This document shows, piece after piece, positions 36,201-47,455 of a DNA stretch of 64,000 nucleotides. The position numbers and the translations under genes are program-made. Source of the stretch: Vicugna vicugna (lineage: Eukaryota); the NCBI GenBank assembly GCA_013265495.1, contig MU057809.1, forward strand, positions 806,001 to 870,000, given 5' to 3'. The notes beneath the pieces were generated by a model. It made no database searches. It saw only the letters and a program-made list of their open reading frames with translations, and was not told where the DNA came from. How positions within the stretch are numbered: the stretch's first letter is position 1; every line of letters begins with the position of its first letter.

Positions 36201-39094
36201 GCCGCCGGGCCTGCAGAGCCCAAAACACAAAGCCTGTCCACCCTGGCCTGGAGCGCTCTCCTGGGAAGTCGGCTCCTCCCTCCCGCCCAAAGCTCCCTAC
36301 CTCCGCTTCAAACCCGCCTGACAGGTGCCCACCCCTGGGACCCACCTTATCCAAGAACTTCTGAGCCTGAAGCCAAACCCCTCCCCGCAGTGTGAACACA
36401 CCCTGGGCTGGGTGAGGGGAAACCCGACCCCCAGAACGCCCCTCCCTGCCTTGGGGGAGCTGGGGCGTGTGCAGCACCCATGGGAGTGCCCTCCCCCAGC
36501 TGGCTCCCCACTCCCCAGCCCCGGAGCTTCAGGTCACAGGGGTTCTGGGCCCGCAGGGCTGTGTGTTGAGGGACAGGGCCCTGCACCCACAGTCGCCTCC
36601 TTCAGTGAGCCCCTGGACCCCGGTGGGTCCTGTGAGGACGGAGGGGCGCGTGGTGGATCTGCCAGGGGTCTCTGCCCCTCCTTGGTGGGTGTCTGTGCCC
36701 TGTAAACTGTGCTCACAGGCCCCATGTTGCAGGGCTGCAGGGCGAGAGGTGGGACGGGCACCGACAACCACAGGCAGGACCTCGTGGAAGACGGAGCCCA
36801 CCTGAGACCCAGACCAGGGGCCCGGATGCGGTCCCTCCGCCAGTGACGGCGCACCCGCTTCCCGTCTGCCAAACGGGGGTCAGAGGCCAGGGCTCCCCAC
36901 GCTGGGCGGACGGGCTCCTCTGGGTGCCTCTGCGAGACCAAGGGCAGGGCCGTGACCAGCCAGGCTTGAGGGAGGGCCTCCCCACCATGGCCCACGGCCC
37001 CTGCTGACCACGGCTGGCCCGTGGGGGGCGAACGTGGTGTAAATGGGAGACTCCCCTCCACGGAGCCAGCAGCCCCCCCTCAGACCGTGGTCCGGGGTCA
37101 GAGTCAGAGCGTGTCGTCCCAGGGTCCTGGGCGTCCCTCTGGGACCCTAGCTCCCCACGAGGGCCCCGCACGGCGTCCTGCCCCTCGGACCAGAGCTGCG
37201 ACCCCTGGCCGGAGGCCGGAGGCCGGCAAGGCCTCAGGACGCCTGCCCGCTCCACCCCCACGCTCCCCTTGGGCTCCCTGGGAAGAACTGCTTTAACACC
37301 CCTGACAGCAGCGGCCGGAGCGGGGGCCGGACAGGAGCATGAGCCTCTACGTCGCAGGGGGTACTGCGAGCCTGAGGGCGGGGCTCGGTGTGAGCACCGC
37401 CGCCGCGGCCGGGGGTCTTGGTAACCAGAGGCTGTTCACACAAGCTCCCGGAGGAACACCTTCCACAAACTTTGATGTGAACTAATTAAGTTTGCACAGT
37501 TAATCAGGACAGGCTGCCTCTGAGACTCGGATTCCCACGCCCAGGGCCGCCGCGGCCGACGAGCCGCTGCCCCCGCACTCAGCCCTCCTCCCAATGTGCT
37601 GGGCCCAGGCTGCTGCCCGCACGTGGAGGCCCCGGCCCCCGGGAAGAGCAGACGGTCCCGCGCTGGGGGTCCTGGTAGCTCCGTGAGCTGGACAAGGCCT
37701 CTGGTGACTCCCTAGGCCTGGGGACCGCGGTCCAGCCCTGCAATGGAAGGCGCCAGCCCAGGGCCACGTGGGCTGGCAGAGGCGCCTGTGGACTGGCAGG
37801 CCCTCTCCAGGCCGAAGGTGCCTGAACCAGGTGGCCCTGTGACCAGGGAAGCAGCTAGTACGTGGGTCCTTGGAGCCAAACTCTGGGGGAGGCGGGGCTG
37901 CCCCTCAGACAGGGGCCCTGGCTGGGCCGGGAGCCAGGCCCGGGCGTGTGAGCATGGATGTCCTGGGGCCAGCGCAGCAGGTCCCCAGGCTCCCTGCCTC
38001 CCGGGGACCCCTGGCCAGAAGGGTCCTTTCAGGCCACTATCTGGAATCCTAGCTTTTGTTTTAAGGCTCTTCCGAGCACCCAGGGCTAGCGGAGGCCTGG
38101 ACCACGCCCTACCAGGAACAGAGTGCCCTCAGGGACGCGAGGGCAGTCTCCACCCTGCAGGCAGGGCAGGGAAAGAGGTGGGTGAGGACCGCGTGGCCCA
38201 TCCCACAGGCGCCCTCCGAGGGGCTGTGCTGAGGGGCTCCAGGGCCAGGTCTGGGTGAGGCGAGCAGGAGGCGCTGACCTGCGGACACCAGGGATGGGGG
38301 TCAGGGACACAGCAGGGCGGCAGGTGAGGCCTGGTCACTCAGCTCTCAGAACACAGGCCACCAAGCAGGTGTCGCTCCACCTGCCTGAGACGAGTTAAGG
38401 TTCACCAGCACGGCTGCGCTGGGCGGCCCAGGGCGTGAGGGTCGGGGGCAGGGAGGCGCCCACGGCAGTCGCAGCCCCGAGCTGGGAGCCTCTGCCAGGT
38501 GGGGGCAGGGGAGGGCGTCCTGTTCCCACGCCTACAGCCAGGTCCCTGGCCTGGAGTCCCAGCTGGAGCCGCCTGTGTTTCCAGGCCTGCGTTACGGCCA
38601 CACTCCCAGAAGAATCCCGACAGCATTTGCAGAACTGAGAGGAAGCAACACGGCCTGTGAGGTGTGTTCCCTCACCCCCGCCCCCAGGGCCTCGCCACTT
38701 CTGAGGAGGAGGGAGGCCCGTGACCTCCACCCGGGGACCCCACTTCCTACACATCAACGCTCTGATGGGTTTTCTCCAGTTACTTTTAACAACTGGGAAG
38801 CCGCAAACGCCTGCCGGCCTGCGTCTGGCCGACAGGGAAGGGAGAGGGCCACTCAGGGCCCTCGGGCACCCCCAGCAGGGCCCGGGCCTGCCTGCGCCTG
38901 GTGCTCCGTGGACACACTCCCACATGCACTGCCCATCCCCATCTCAGCCCCGCCACGAGGAAGGTTTTGAAGAGGGTTTGCAGCTGTAAATGTGGGGCCA
39001 GGGTGAGGCTCACGGACTGCACACCCCACTCACCACCTCCCCCAATTCACTTCTGTTCAGCACGTTCAAAGGTCAAATTGAGCCCTCAACTCTC

Positions 39095-39330
39095 TCTTCT
39101 TAAAAACTCCTTTAGAGCCCACACTGCTCTCAGGATGAAGAGCCAACACCGCCCTAGTCTTCCCGGCCGGGCCCTCCCCAGCCTTCCCTCAGACCTGGCT
39201 CCTCCCCAGTCCTGGCGTTCAGCTCCATGGCCTTGCTTCAGCTCTCAGGATGCCCGTGCCTCCATGACCGCAGGGCCTTTGCACAAGATGCTGGAATTGA
39301 AACCAGCTCTTCCCACTGCACTGTGTTGCC
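39095..39330 (+). mobile_element. L2 LINE remnant
   Basis: cttaaaaactcctttagagcccacactgctctcaggatgaagagccaac...gcagggcctttgcacaagatgctggaa resemble L2 3' blocks. Confidence 0.5.
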
Positions 39331-42300
39331 TCACATTGCCGGGGCCCCTCCGACCTCTGGAAGGAGATTGTTCATTTTCTTGGGAAGAGCCTGCCACATG
39401 GTCCAACCGTGGTTTCACTCATTACTGCCAAGAAGTCTTCAGCCTCCTGCCAAACACCTCCAGTGACCACCACTCACTCTACACCATGCTGGCCAGTTCT
39501 TTCCCCATCTTTGTGAATTTTCATCCCAGTGTCGGCAAGCCTCTCCTTACCACGAGCTGAGGGCCGGGGCCCGGGGCCCCCCAGCCAGCCAACCCTACCT
39601 CCAGACCCCTCACACGACCCAACCCTCCTCGCAGAAAGGCCCAGCAGACGCAGGAAGCAGCGGCTCTGGCCGTGGTGTCCTCTGGATAAACACATGCCTC
39701 GGCCTCTCAGCCTCGTCCCAGGAGGCAGGTGTGTCTGCGCAGCTGGGACCAGGGCCAGGGCACACTCTGCATCACTCCTCAGACGCTCAGAGATGCTGCA
39801 ATGCCAGGGCCTGCCTGGCGGAGGAAGCGAGAGGTTCTGAAGTGAGCACGCATTCAGAGCAGCTCCATCTGGCATTCCGGGAACCCAGAAAAGGTAAATT
39901 CAAATTAAAGTGTTGGCCTAGACCTCACTGTTCCAGCAGGAGACTGGAAGGCCCCCCCAAGTCGGCTTCTTTACACATGAGCCTGTGAACGGCCCCGACT
40001 GCCTGTTGGGGGCAAGCCAAGGAGAAAGAGGCCGCGCGGCGGGGCTGGGCCTCCCAGGTGGAGCCTGTCAGCTCTCCCCCGCACGCACGACAGCCCCTGC
40101 TCACCTGCACTGCACCCTAGGCTCTACCAAAGGGGAGCTGAGACTTAAACCCAGGGCTGGCTTGACCCAGGTGGCCATGTCCACCTTGGGGTGGGGGCAG
40201 TGGGCTGGCAGGAGAGCCAAGGGACACGCTGTCCTCAGTGAACGGACCTGCCAGCAGCCACCAGGCGGGGCAGGCCCATCCAGCCCACTCACCTGCCTGG
40301 AGCCCGCAAGCCGCAGCCACCGTGTGCCCGGAAGTCACCCTCACCCGCCTGCTTCTCGGACCCATCACGGTAGAACTCCGCTCAATTCCAAAATGCCACC
40401 AGAGCCAAGAGCATGTCAGAGAGTGGCCTGGGATACGGCATGGCCAGCGCCGGGCCTCCCACTTGCTGTGGGTCCCACGGGTCTGAGCAGCCGCTGTGGG
40501 GACACGGGTGCCTGCGGACCCGCCCTCCTCCCGTCTCCTTGTTGGGGTCATCTCAGCTCATGCGCACATGACGGGGCCACCCTCATCGGTCACTTCTCCC
40601 AACTCCTGACCTCCGTCACGCTGTGGACCCCACACCAGGGTCTCAGAACAGACGGCAGGATGGAGGAGGGAGGGACCTCCCGGCCCCCGCCTTAGTGAGG
40701 GGTGGTCCTGGCTTCAGACCAGCCCATCTCCTGACATGAAGGCCCCAGTGCGTGTGTGAAACTTCCAGGAAGCTGCCTACCAAGGACGCGGCCCTGGGGG
40801 CCGGTCCTCCACCAGCTCCACGAGGGGCCGCCTCCTCCCTGCCCGCTGCCCGGCCCCGGCTGGTCGGCCCCACAGCATCCCTGCCTCAGGCCCTCTGCTC
40901 TCAGGTCGCCCCCACGGAGCCTCGGTCCCGACTCTTCACTGTGCACGAAGGGGAAATAAGCTGAACGCAGGCCCTCCAGCTCCAACCCAGAGCCGGGAGC
41001 GCCGGGCGAGGAGAAGCCGCGGTCAGCGCCCCAGAAGCTCGCACCCAGGGCTGTTTCTGAAGGACGCCCCTGCTCCTCCGAGCCCGCCCGCTCCTGCCGA
41101 GAGCTGTTGCCGTGGAAACCAGCAGGCGCCCCTGGCGCCACAGCTGCTGGGCTCAGGCCTGTGCCAGCGGGACGAGGCCTTGGGCACCAGGGCCACACAG
41201 ACACCACCCACCATGGCTCGAGCTGATGAGGCCTCGCCCGCTGTCCTGCCCAGCTCCACCCCTGGGGACCGGGCAGCTCTCTCCAGGGAGGCACTGGGGT
41301 GTGGGGCAGAGGGCCCCTCCCCCAGCCCTTTCTGCCTCCGCTGCCCCACTATTCCTCCTGAAGCCACCTCTGCAGTGGGCAGCCCTCTCGATTGTGACCT
41401 CCCTGTCCAGCTAGTGCAGGAGGCTGGTGGCCTGTGTGCGTGAGGCAGGACGCCTGAGAGCAGGCGTTTAACGGGGCACCTGGTGCCAGTGTGGGGCCCA
41501 CAACGGAGTGGGGCCTGGAAGCCAGATGGTGGGGGGGCCTGCCCTGAGTGGTGAGCGCTCGGTGGGGGAGCAGGGGGCCCAGGGCTCTGCGTGTTCACAG
41601 GCTGCTTTAAGGAAAGAGCAGGCAGCTGGAGACTCGCACCCACAGGCAGCAGAGCTCAGCCCATGTCTGGATGTCCCAGTGGACAGCCAGGCCTGTGGCA
41701 GGGCCCTCCCAGGAGGGGAGCAGGGGACACGCGTGGGCGCCTGCACGCCAAGCCCGTTCCAGGCAGGCAGCAGGGCCACAGGCCAGCCGGGCACACCCGG
41801 GGACCTCAGCCCGGGCCTCTGCCCCCCGACAACTGGACGACCTCAGGCCAGGCCCTGCCCTGCTGGTCCGCAGGCCCCAAAGCAGGGATGTGCTGGAAGG
41901 AGCAATGAGGGGCCAGAACCTCAGGTCTGCGGGAGCCCAGGACCGCCCTCTGCAGTCCAGCACCTCCCGGGGCCCTGTGGGGCGGGCAAAGATTCCAGAA
42001 GGCGGGACGAGGGAATGTGACCCTCCCACGGCTCTGCCCTCCGTCTAAGCGGGGGAAGCTCCGGGTGCAACACGATGGGGCTGTCGCGAGGCCTAGGGGA
42101 GACCCGGTCCTCCACGGGCAGGAGGACAGCTCGGAATCTCCCAGCTGCCTTCCTGACACCTGCACTTCGCAGCCTTGGAGACACCATGTGGGACCCCTCG
42201 CAGGCTGCACAGCACCCCGTCCCACGTGGGGACCCCACCCCACTGCTCCCCACCTGGGATCCCGATTTCTCAGGAGCAGGTGCCGGTGGGGAGCCCCGGA

Positions 42301-45300
42301 GGTGCACTGAGCTGGGCATGACCAGCCGGAGGCAGACCGGGCGCATATACACGCGTGGGTGCTGGGGACCCCGGCAGCACACGGACGGAACTGAGGCTCG
42401 CAGCAGTGGAGCCATGCGAAGGTCCCACGGCTCAGAGGAGGCAGGGGACAGTCACGCCTTGGTAGCTCTGGCCCCAAGCCTAGGGCCTTCCCACAACCTG
42501 GCGGGGGCCGTCCTTGCCGCAATGTTCCGACAGTCACCACCATCCAGCAGACACTCCCACGTCCTGCGGATGGCCACCCCACTGCCCACTCCAGGCCACA
42601 AGAGACGCAGAGGGGCCGGGGACCGGGTGGTGGCATGGTCAGCCTCAGAAGCAGACGCTCCGCCCAGGACAGCGCACAGCAGCTGTGAGCAGGAGCCCAC
42701 TGGGGGCCGGCTCTCCGGCCTGGTGCCCCCGGCTCCTGACGCCTCTGCTGCTCCTGGGCTCTTGGGAACCTGCCGCCCACCCTGGGCCTGGGGTCGGGCT
42801 CTCAAAGGACCAGCTCCTGCCCAGGCACTGGGAGTGGCCTGGTCCTTCAGACAGACTCTCGCTGGGGCCAGGCTGGGAAGGTACCGGAAACCAGGACGGC
42901 TTCTGCTCCTCAGGGAGGCCGGCCCTGAGTCGGGCTGCGGGGCACAAACGGAAGGAAGCAGCACTGGGGAGAGAAGCGGTGTGGGCGGGCGGCTCGCTGG
43001 GGACACAGGCCGACTCCAGCTCCACGCCTGCTGCCGAGTGGCCTGCGGGCTAAGGTGAGGTTACATACTTGAGCGGCCGAAAAAGTTTTCAAAGCTGTTA
43101 ACAGCAGCTTTAGTCCTAGTCGCTGAGACCTGAAGCAACCGAGATGCGCTTCAGCGGGCCACTCAGGAAACAGAACATTGCTCAGGGCAAAAGAGAAATG
43201 AACTATCCAGTCAGGAAAAGACGCGTGTTAATTACTAAGTGGAAGAGGCCGATCCGAGAGGCTGCAGACGTGTGGCGCCACAGCATTCAGGGAAGGGGGC
43301 CCGGGGCCGGTGAAAGGCCGGGGCTGCCGGGCGCGCTGCTGCAGGACACGACAGCTCCAACCTGTCAAAACCCACAGAACCATGCACCACACGGCGTGAA
43401 CCACAGATTTCACGGTTAATAATAACACAGGAGCACCGGTCCATTAGTTCTAACAAAGACACCCCGCGTGGAGGGCCCAGGGATGCAGCTCCGCCCCTGC
43501 CTCCCCTCCACGCCCACACATGCGCGGTGGGCTCCGGGGCAGGTGTGTGGGGCAGGTGCCACCGCCACCCCCCCGTCCCAGCCCCACAGCCTCTCTGGAC
43601 TCCGGCCCAGGGCCCCATCAGTGTCCCAGAGAGCAGGGCAGTGCCGGGGCCTCTCCAGGCTGGTGTCTGCGACACGGGCGATGAGGCTTCAGGAAGGTGC
43701 TCAGGCCTGGGGGGACCTCTCGACACAGCGGCACGTCTATTCCAGTTACAAATCTGGGCACTGGACAGAGAGGGCGCCCGCCTGAATACCAGTGGTCAGC
43801 AGGGGCCAGAGACGGGCTCAGAGCTGCAGCTCAGCACAGCGGACGGCAGAGCTGGGGTTGGGGGCTCACACGAGCCAGACATCCCCGCAGACCAGTCCTG
43901 TGGGTGAAGGCGTGTGCCCATGGCCCCGGGGAGGGACACAAAGACAGAAGAGCCCTCACCGCAGTGGGAGCCTCACGGGCTTGGGTCCCAGACATCCGCA
44001 GGGAGCACACCCCGTGTGCTCCCAGGGTTACAAGAAACACACACCCGCCCCTGCAGCTGGACGCCAGTGCATCCCTAGTTCACAGATCTGGAAACGCAGC
44101 CTCAAGTGCACGGCGTCTGATTCTAGATTGTGTGTCCCGTGTCGTGCTGCCGCCGAGCCCCGTCCTGGGGGCCTGGGTTATGCCGGCCCGAGGAAGGCCG
44201 GGCAGGGAGGAGGGGCCCAACACGACCCACTGCCCACCAGGCGCCGCTGTCTGGAGCTGCGCCGGTCTCCTCTGTCTGGCGTGGCTGCAGGACATGGAGG
44301 GGAGGAAAGTCCCTGGGAAGCCCAGGGACGTAGGACAGTACGGGGGGTGGGGGGGAGCAAGGCCGAAAACGCGGCCTGTCTGCGCGGAGCTTCTGCACAG
44401 CTCGGCAGGCCTGTGCGCGAAGAACCTCCCCCCACGCTGAGGGTCCGGACCCACCTCCCTGGGGTAGCGGGTGGGAAGGGGGCCAGGCCTGCGGGGAGGA
44501 GCTGAGCTGGAGCTCCGGTCTCCCCTCAGCCGCCCGTGGGCAGCTCCCTCCGAAAGGGCCACGGCCGGCCCCCACCCACCCCCGCGCCGCTCAGGGCTGC
44601 TTCCAACTCTGCTTTCAGCCCCTTCCTGCCTGAAAACTTGCCTCTGAGAAAAGAAAAGAAATAAACTGCAGAGGCCAGGAGGCTGCTGTCGATGGCGACT
44701 CTCCCCCAGCCTGACCCACCGCCACACAAACCTGTGGGCCGGCCTCGGGTGGGGGGCCACGACACCGCGTGGGCAGCTCGGCTCCCCGGGGAAGCCCTTC
44801 TGAGCCCCCAAGGTTGGGGTGAGGGCCCAGCGCCCCAGAGTCCAGTGAGCCGGCCAAGGTCACAGGGTCAGAGATGCTGTGGGCCAGGCCAGGCCGGGCC
44901 TCGGGAAGGCGGTGCCCGTCTGCCGGTCGCTGGTCCTCACCCAGCCTGCCCACCTCCTCTTTGGCTCCCGCCCCATCTCTGCTCACACTGCATCCGCCGG
45001 GCCTGGAGCTGGCGGGCGGGCAGCCGTGGCTCAGCCGAGCCCCGGCAGGCAGACGGCGGAGGTCACCTGTCTGTCCTGTCTCCACAGAGACAGTGATTTT
45101 AGAAGGGCATGTGACGGTACAGGCGGCGGAAACCTGAGCTGCTCTCGACTCTGTGAATGCAAACACGCGCACCTACACGCGCCCGCCGGCAGGACGTGCG
45201 GGGAAACGCAGCAGAACGCTGGAGCGGCTGTGTCCCAAGGCTGCACTACGAGTGACTGCACTCTTCCTTTGGGTTTTCAATAATCCATAGACACTAACTA

Positions 45301-46745
45301 CGCTGGATCCTTTCCCCAAGGTTTTGCAAGATTAATCATTTCAGCTAACAAACATGCAAAACCCAGCGAAAACTATGCTTCATAATTTATGATGCTGGTG
45401 TGATGCGCCACACGTCAGTGACCGTCAGTAAGAACTGTGCATCTTTGTTTGTTTTCTTAATGCAAAAAAAAAACACGCATGGGATTTCTACAACATATTA
45501 AACACCTGTCACTGATCCTGAGTTATTCAAAATCATACAGAATTACAGAAAAGTGACAGTTTATCTAGACACCGAGTGTTTGAGTGTTTTACTTACTCCC
45601 AGGTTTAAGACTTTCAGGAAGTGTGAAAATGGACAAATGGGACCCAGGCAGTCTGAGAAACGAGAAGAAATGCTGTGAAGTGTCAGGAGACCAGGGGCCA
45701 GGTTGGGACACTGGTCTGACCGCAGGAAAGGGCTGCCAGGGAGGGGGGACCGAAGGGAGAAGGAGCCTGCGGGAGCCAGACACCAACCCACAGGGACCGC
45801 TCGCTCCTACCTTGTAAGCCCTTCCCGCCACCTCCCGCGCCTGCCCTCCCCGGGACCCGGTGGTGGGCACTGCCACTGGCCACTCCCAGCGCCCTCCAGA
45901 CCCCGGGTGTGGCCAGCACCTCCGCTGGGCTCCATGAGTTTATCACGAAATTGTGATGAAATGAGAGAGGCACCCCCTTTACTGCCGGATTCTGCTGAAA
46001 ACACAGGCGTCACCCTGGCTACAGCACTTCTGTAAGAAGGAGACACGGCAGCTGGTTCTCTGTTCCAGACGTGGGCAGAGAGGCAGGCAGACGGCCCCCC
46101 GCCGCACCCTGCCTAGGGCAGCCAGGGAGTGATGCCGTCCTCAGGCCAGCACGCAGGGACCAGCTCTTCTCACCCAGATTTCCACCTCATGCCACCAGCC
46201 TGCCTGGCCCTCCTGGTGGAAGGTAAACCCCGACTCTGCCACAGGGACGCACACCCTCACCTGCAGGGCTTCACTCCCTGTGCCTGTCCCAGCCCAGAAG
46301 CTGGGAGGCCACCCCAGGCCTCGATACGCACACCAGGGCACAGGCCACACACTGCTCCGACCCAGAGGGCCCTCCTCGGGGAGCCCCCGCCCCACCCTGC
46401 ACTGCATGCTGCCAACGCCATCTGGGTGCCACCCAGCCCCCCACCAGCCTGGGGCTCCAGCCGGCCCCTCCAGCACCCGGGAGGCACAGGTCCAGCGCCT
46501 TCTCCCTCGTCCCGCCCGCCGCCATCCAGCTGCTTGCCTCGCCTGGCGGCACTGAGGGCAGCTCTCTGCCCGACACTGACTTTGACCCGTACCTCAGCCT
46601 CCCGGGGGCACTGCTGACGCTTGCAGCCCCACTCCGGGATGGGGCCTGGGGCTGGCGCCTCCCGCAGGAGTCCCGGCTGCAGGGCAGCGCTGGGGGAGCC
46701 CGGGGGTCAGCAGTGCCGGTGGACTTCCTGTTGCTGCAGTCCTAC

Positions 46746-46936
46746 CTTGAAGATGAGGCAGTCACCCTTGCGCTCGGCGTACATGGAGCTCAGCCGGTAC
46801 TGGTTCTCCGTGGTGATGTCCACCTGATAGCCTGTGAGTGTGTAGCACACCTTTCGGAACTCCTGGATCTTGGTCTGGAAGACCTCCTTCAGCCGCTGGT
46901 TCTTCAGCTCTGCGCTCTCCACCTGCTTCCTCAGCT
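46746..46936 (-). CDS. MAD1L1: MAD1L1 penultimate coding exon (exon 18 in human numbering): end of the C-terminal coiled coil with the RLK motif and start of the RWD-like head
   Basis: Translates to (E)[63 protein letters not shown], near-identical to the human MAD1 sequence as I recall it ([64 protein letters not shown]). Acceptor ctctccttcccctgcAG (AG at 46938-46937) with branch-like ACTCAC (A at 46958); donor AAG|GTAGGA at 46746/46745. Length 191 nt, phase 1 in and phase 0 out. Confidence 0.98.
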
Positions 46937-47404
46937 CTGCAGGGGAAGGAGAGGTGGTGAGTCCCCAGCCCGTCTCACAAGGACAGACACGGGACAGCAT
47001 GGCAACAGGCCAGCTGCAACGGGTATAGGCTTGCCCCACTCCCCTGGCCAGGATGCACGTGGACTCCAGCCCTGGGTCTGCCCGCACCCATGCGTGATTC
47101 GACAGACACCTCCCCGTGTGCAGCCAAGTCCCCACTGGGGCTGGCGTCCACGGCACGGCCAGCTCTGGGGAGCAGGGAGAGGGCGGAGCCACGAGAGCAG
47201 AGTTCACATGGAGACTCTGCACCACGTGGCCGGGGGGCCACCTTGCTTGCCACCTGGAGACCAGATCCTTGGGTGAGGACAGGCGGCAGGGTCTGGGAGA
47301 CCCCCTGGGTCCACCATCCTGAACCCACCCCCAGCCCATCTAGCTGGGTATCTCAGAGCAGAGGGCCCCCCCAAACCAGACCCAACTGCCACCCCCACCA
47401 GCCT

Positions 47405-47455
47405 GGTTTTAGCCTGACCGGGAGAAACCAGGTTTACAGCCTGACCGGGAGAAAC
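47405..47455. repeat. Local tandem duplication, ~26-27-nt period
   Basis: agcctgaccgggagaaac occurs at 47411-47428 and 47438-47455. Confidence 0.9.

Larger units (their letters stand above)
11960..46745 (-). other. MAD1L1: MAD1L1 final intron (GT-AG, 34,786 nt)
   Basis: Bounded by the GT donor at 46745-46744 and the AG acceptor at 11961-11960; splicing gives the continuous frame ...CLIFK|AAGPSG... Confidence 0.95.
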
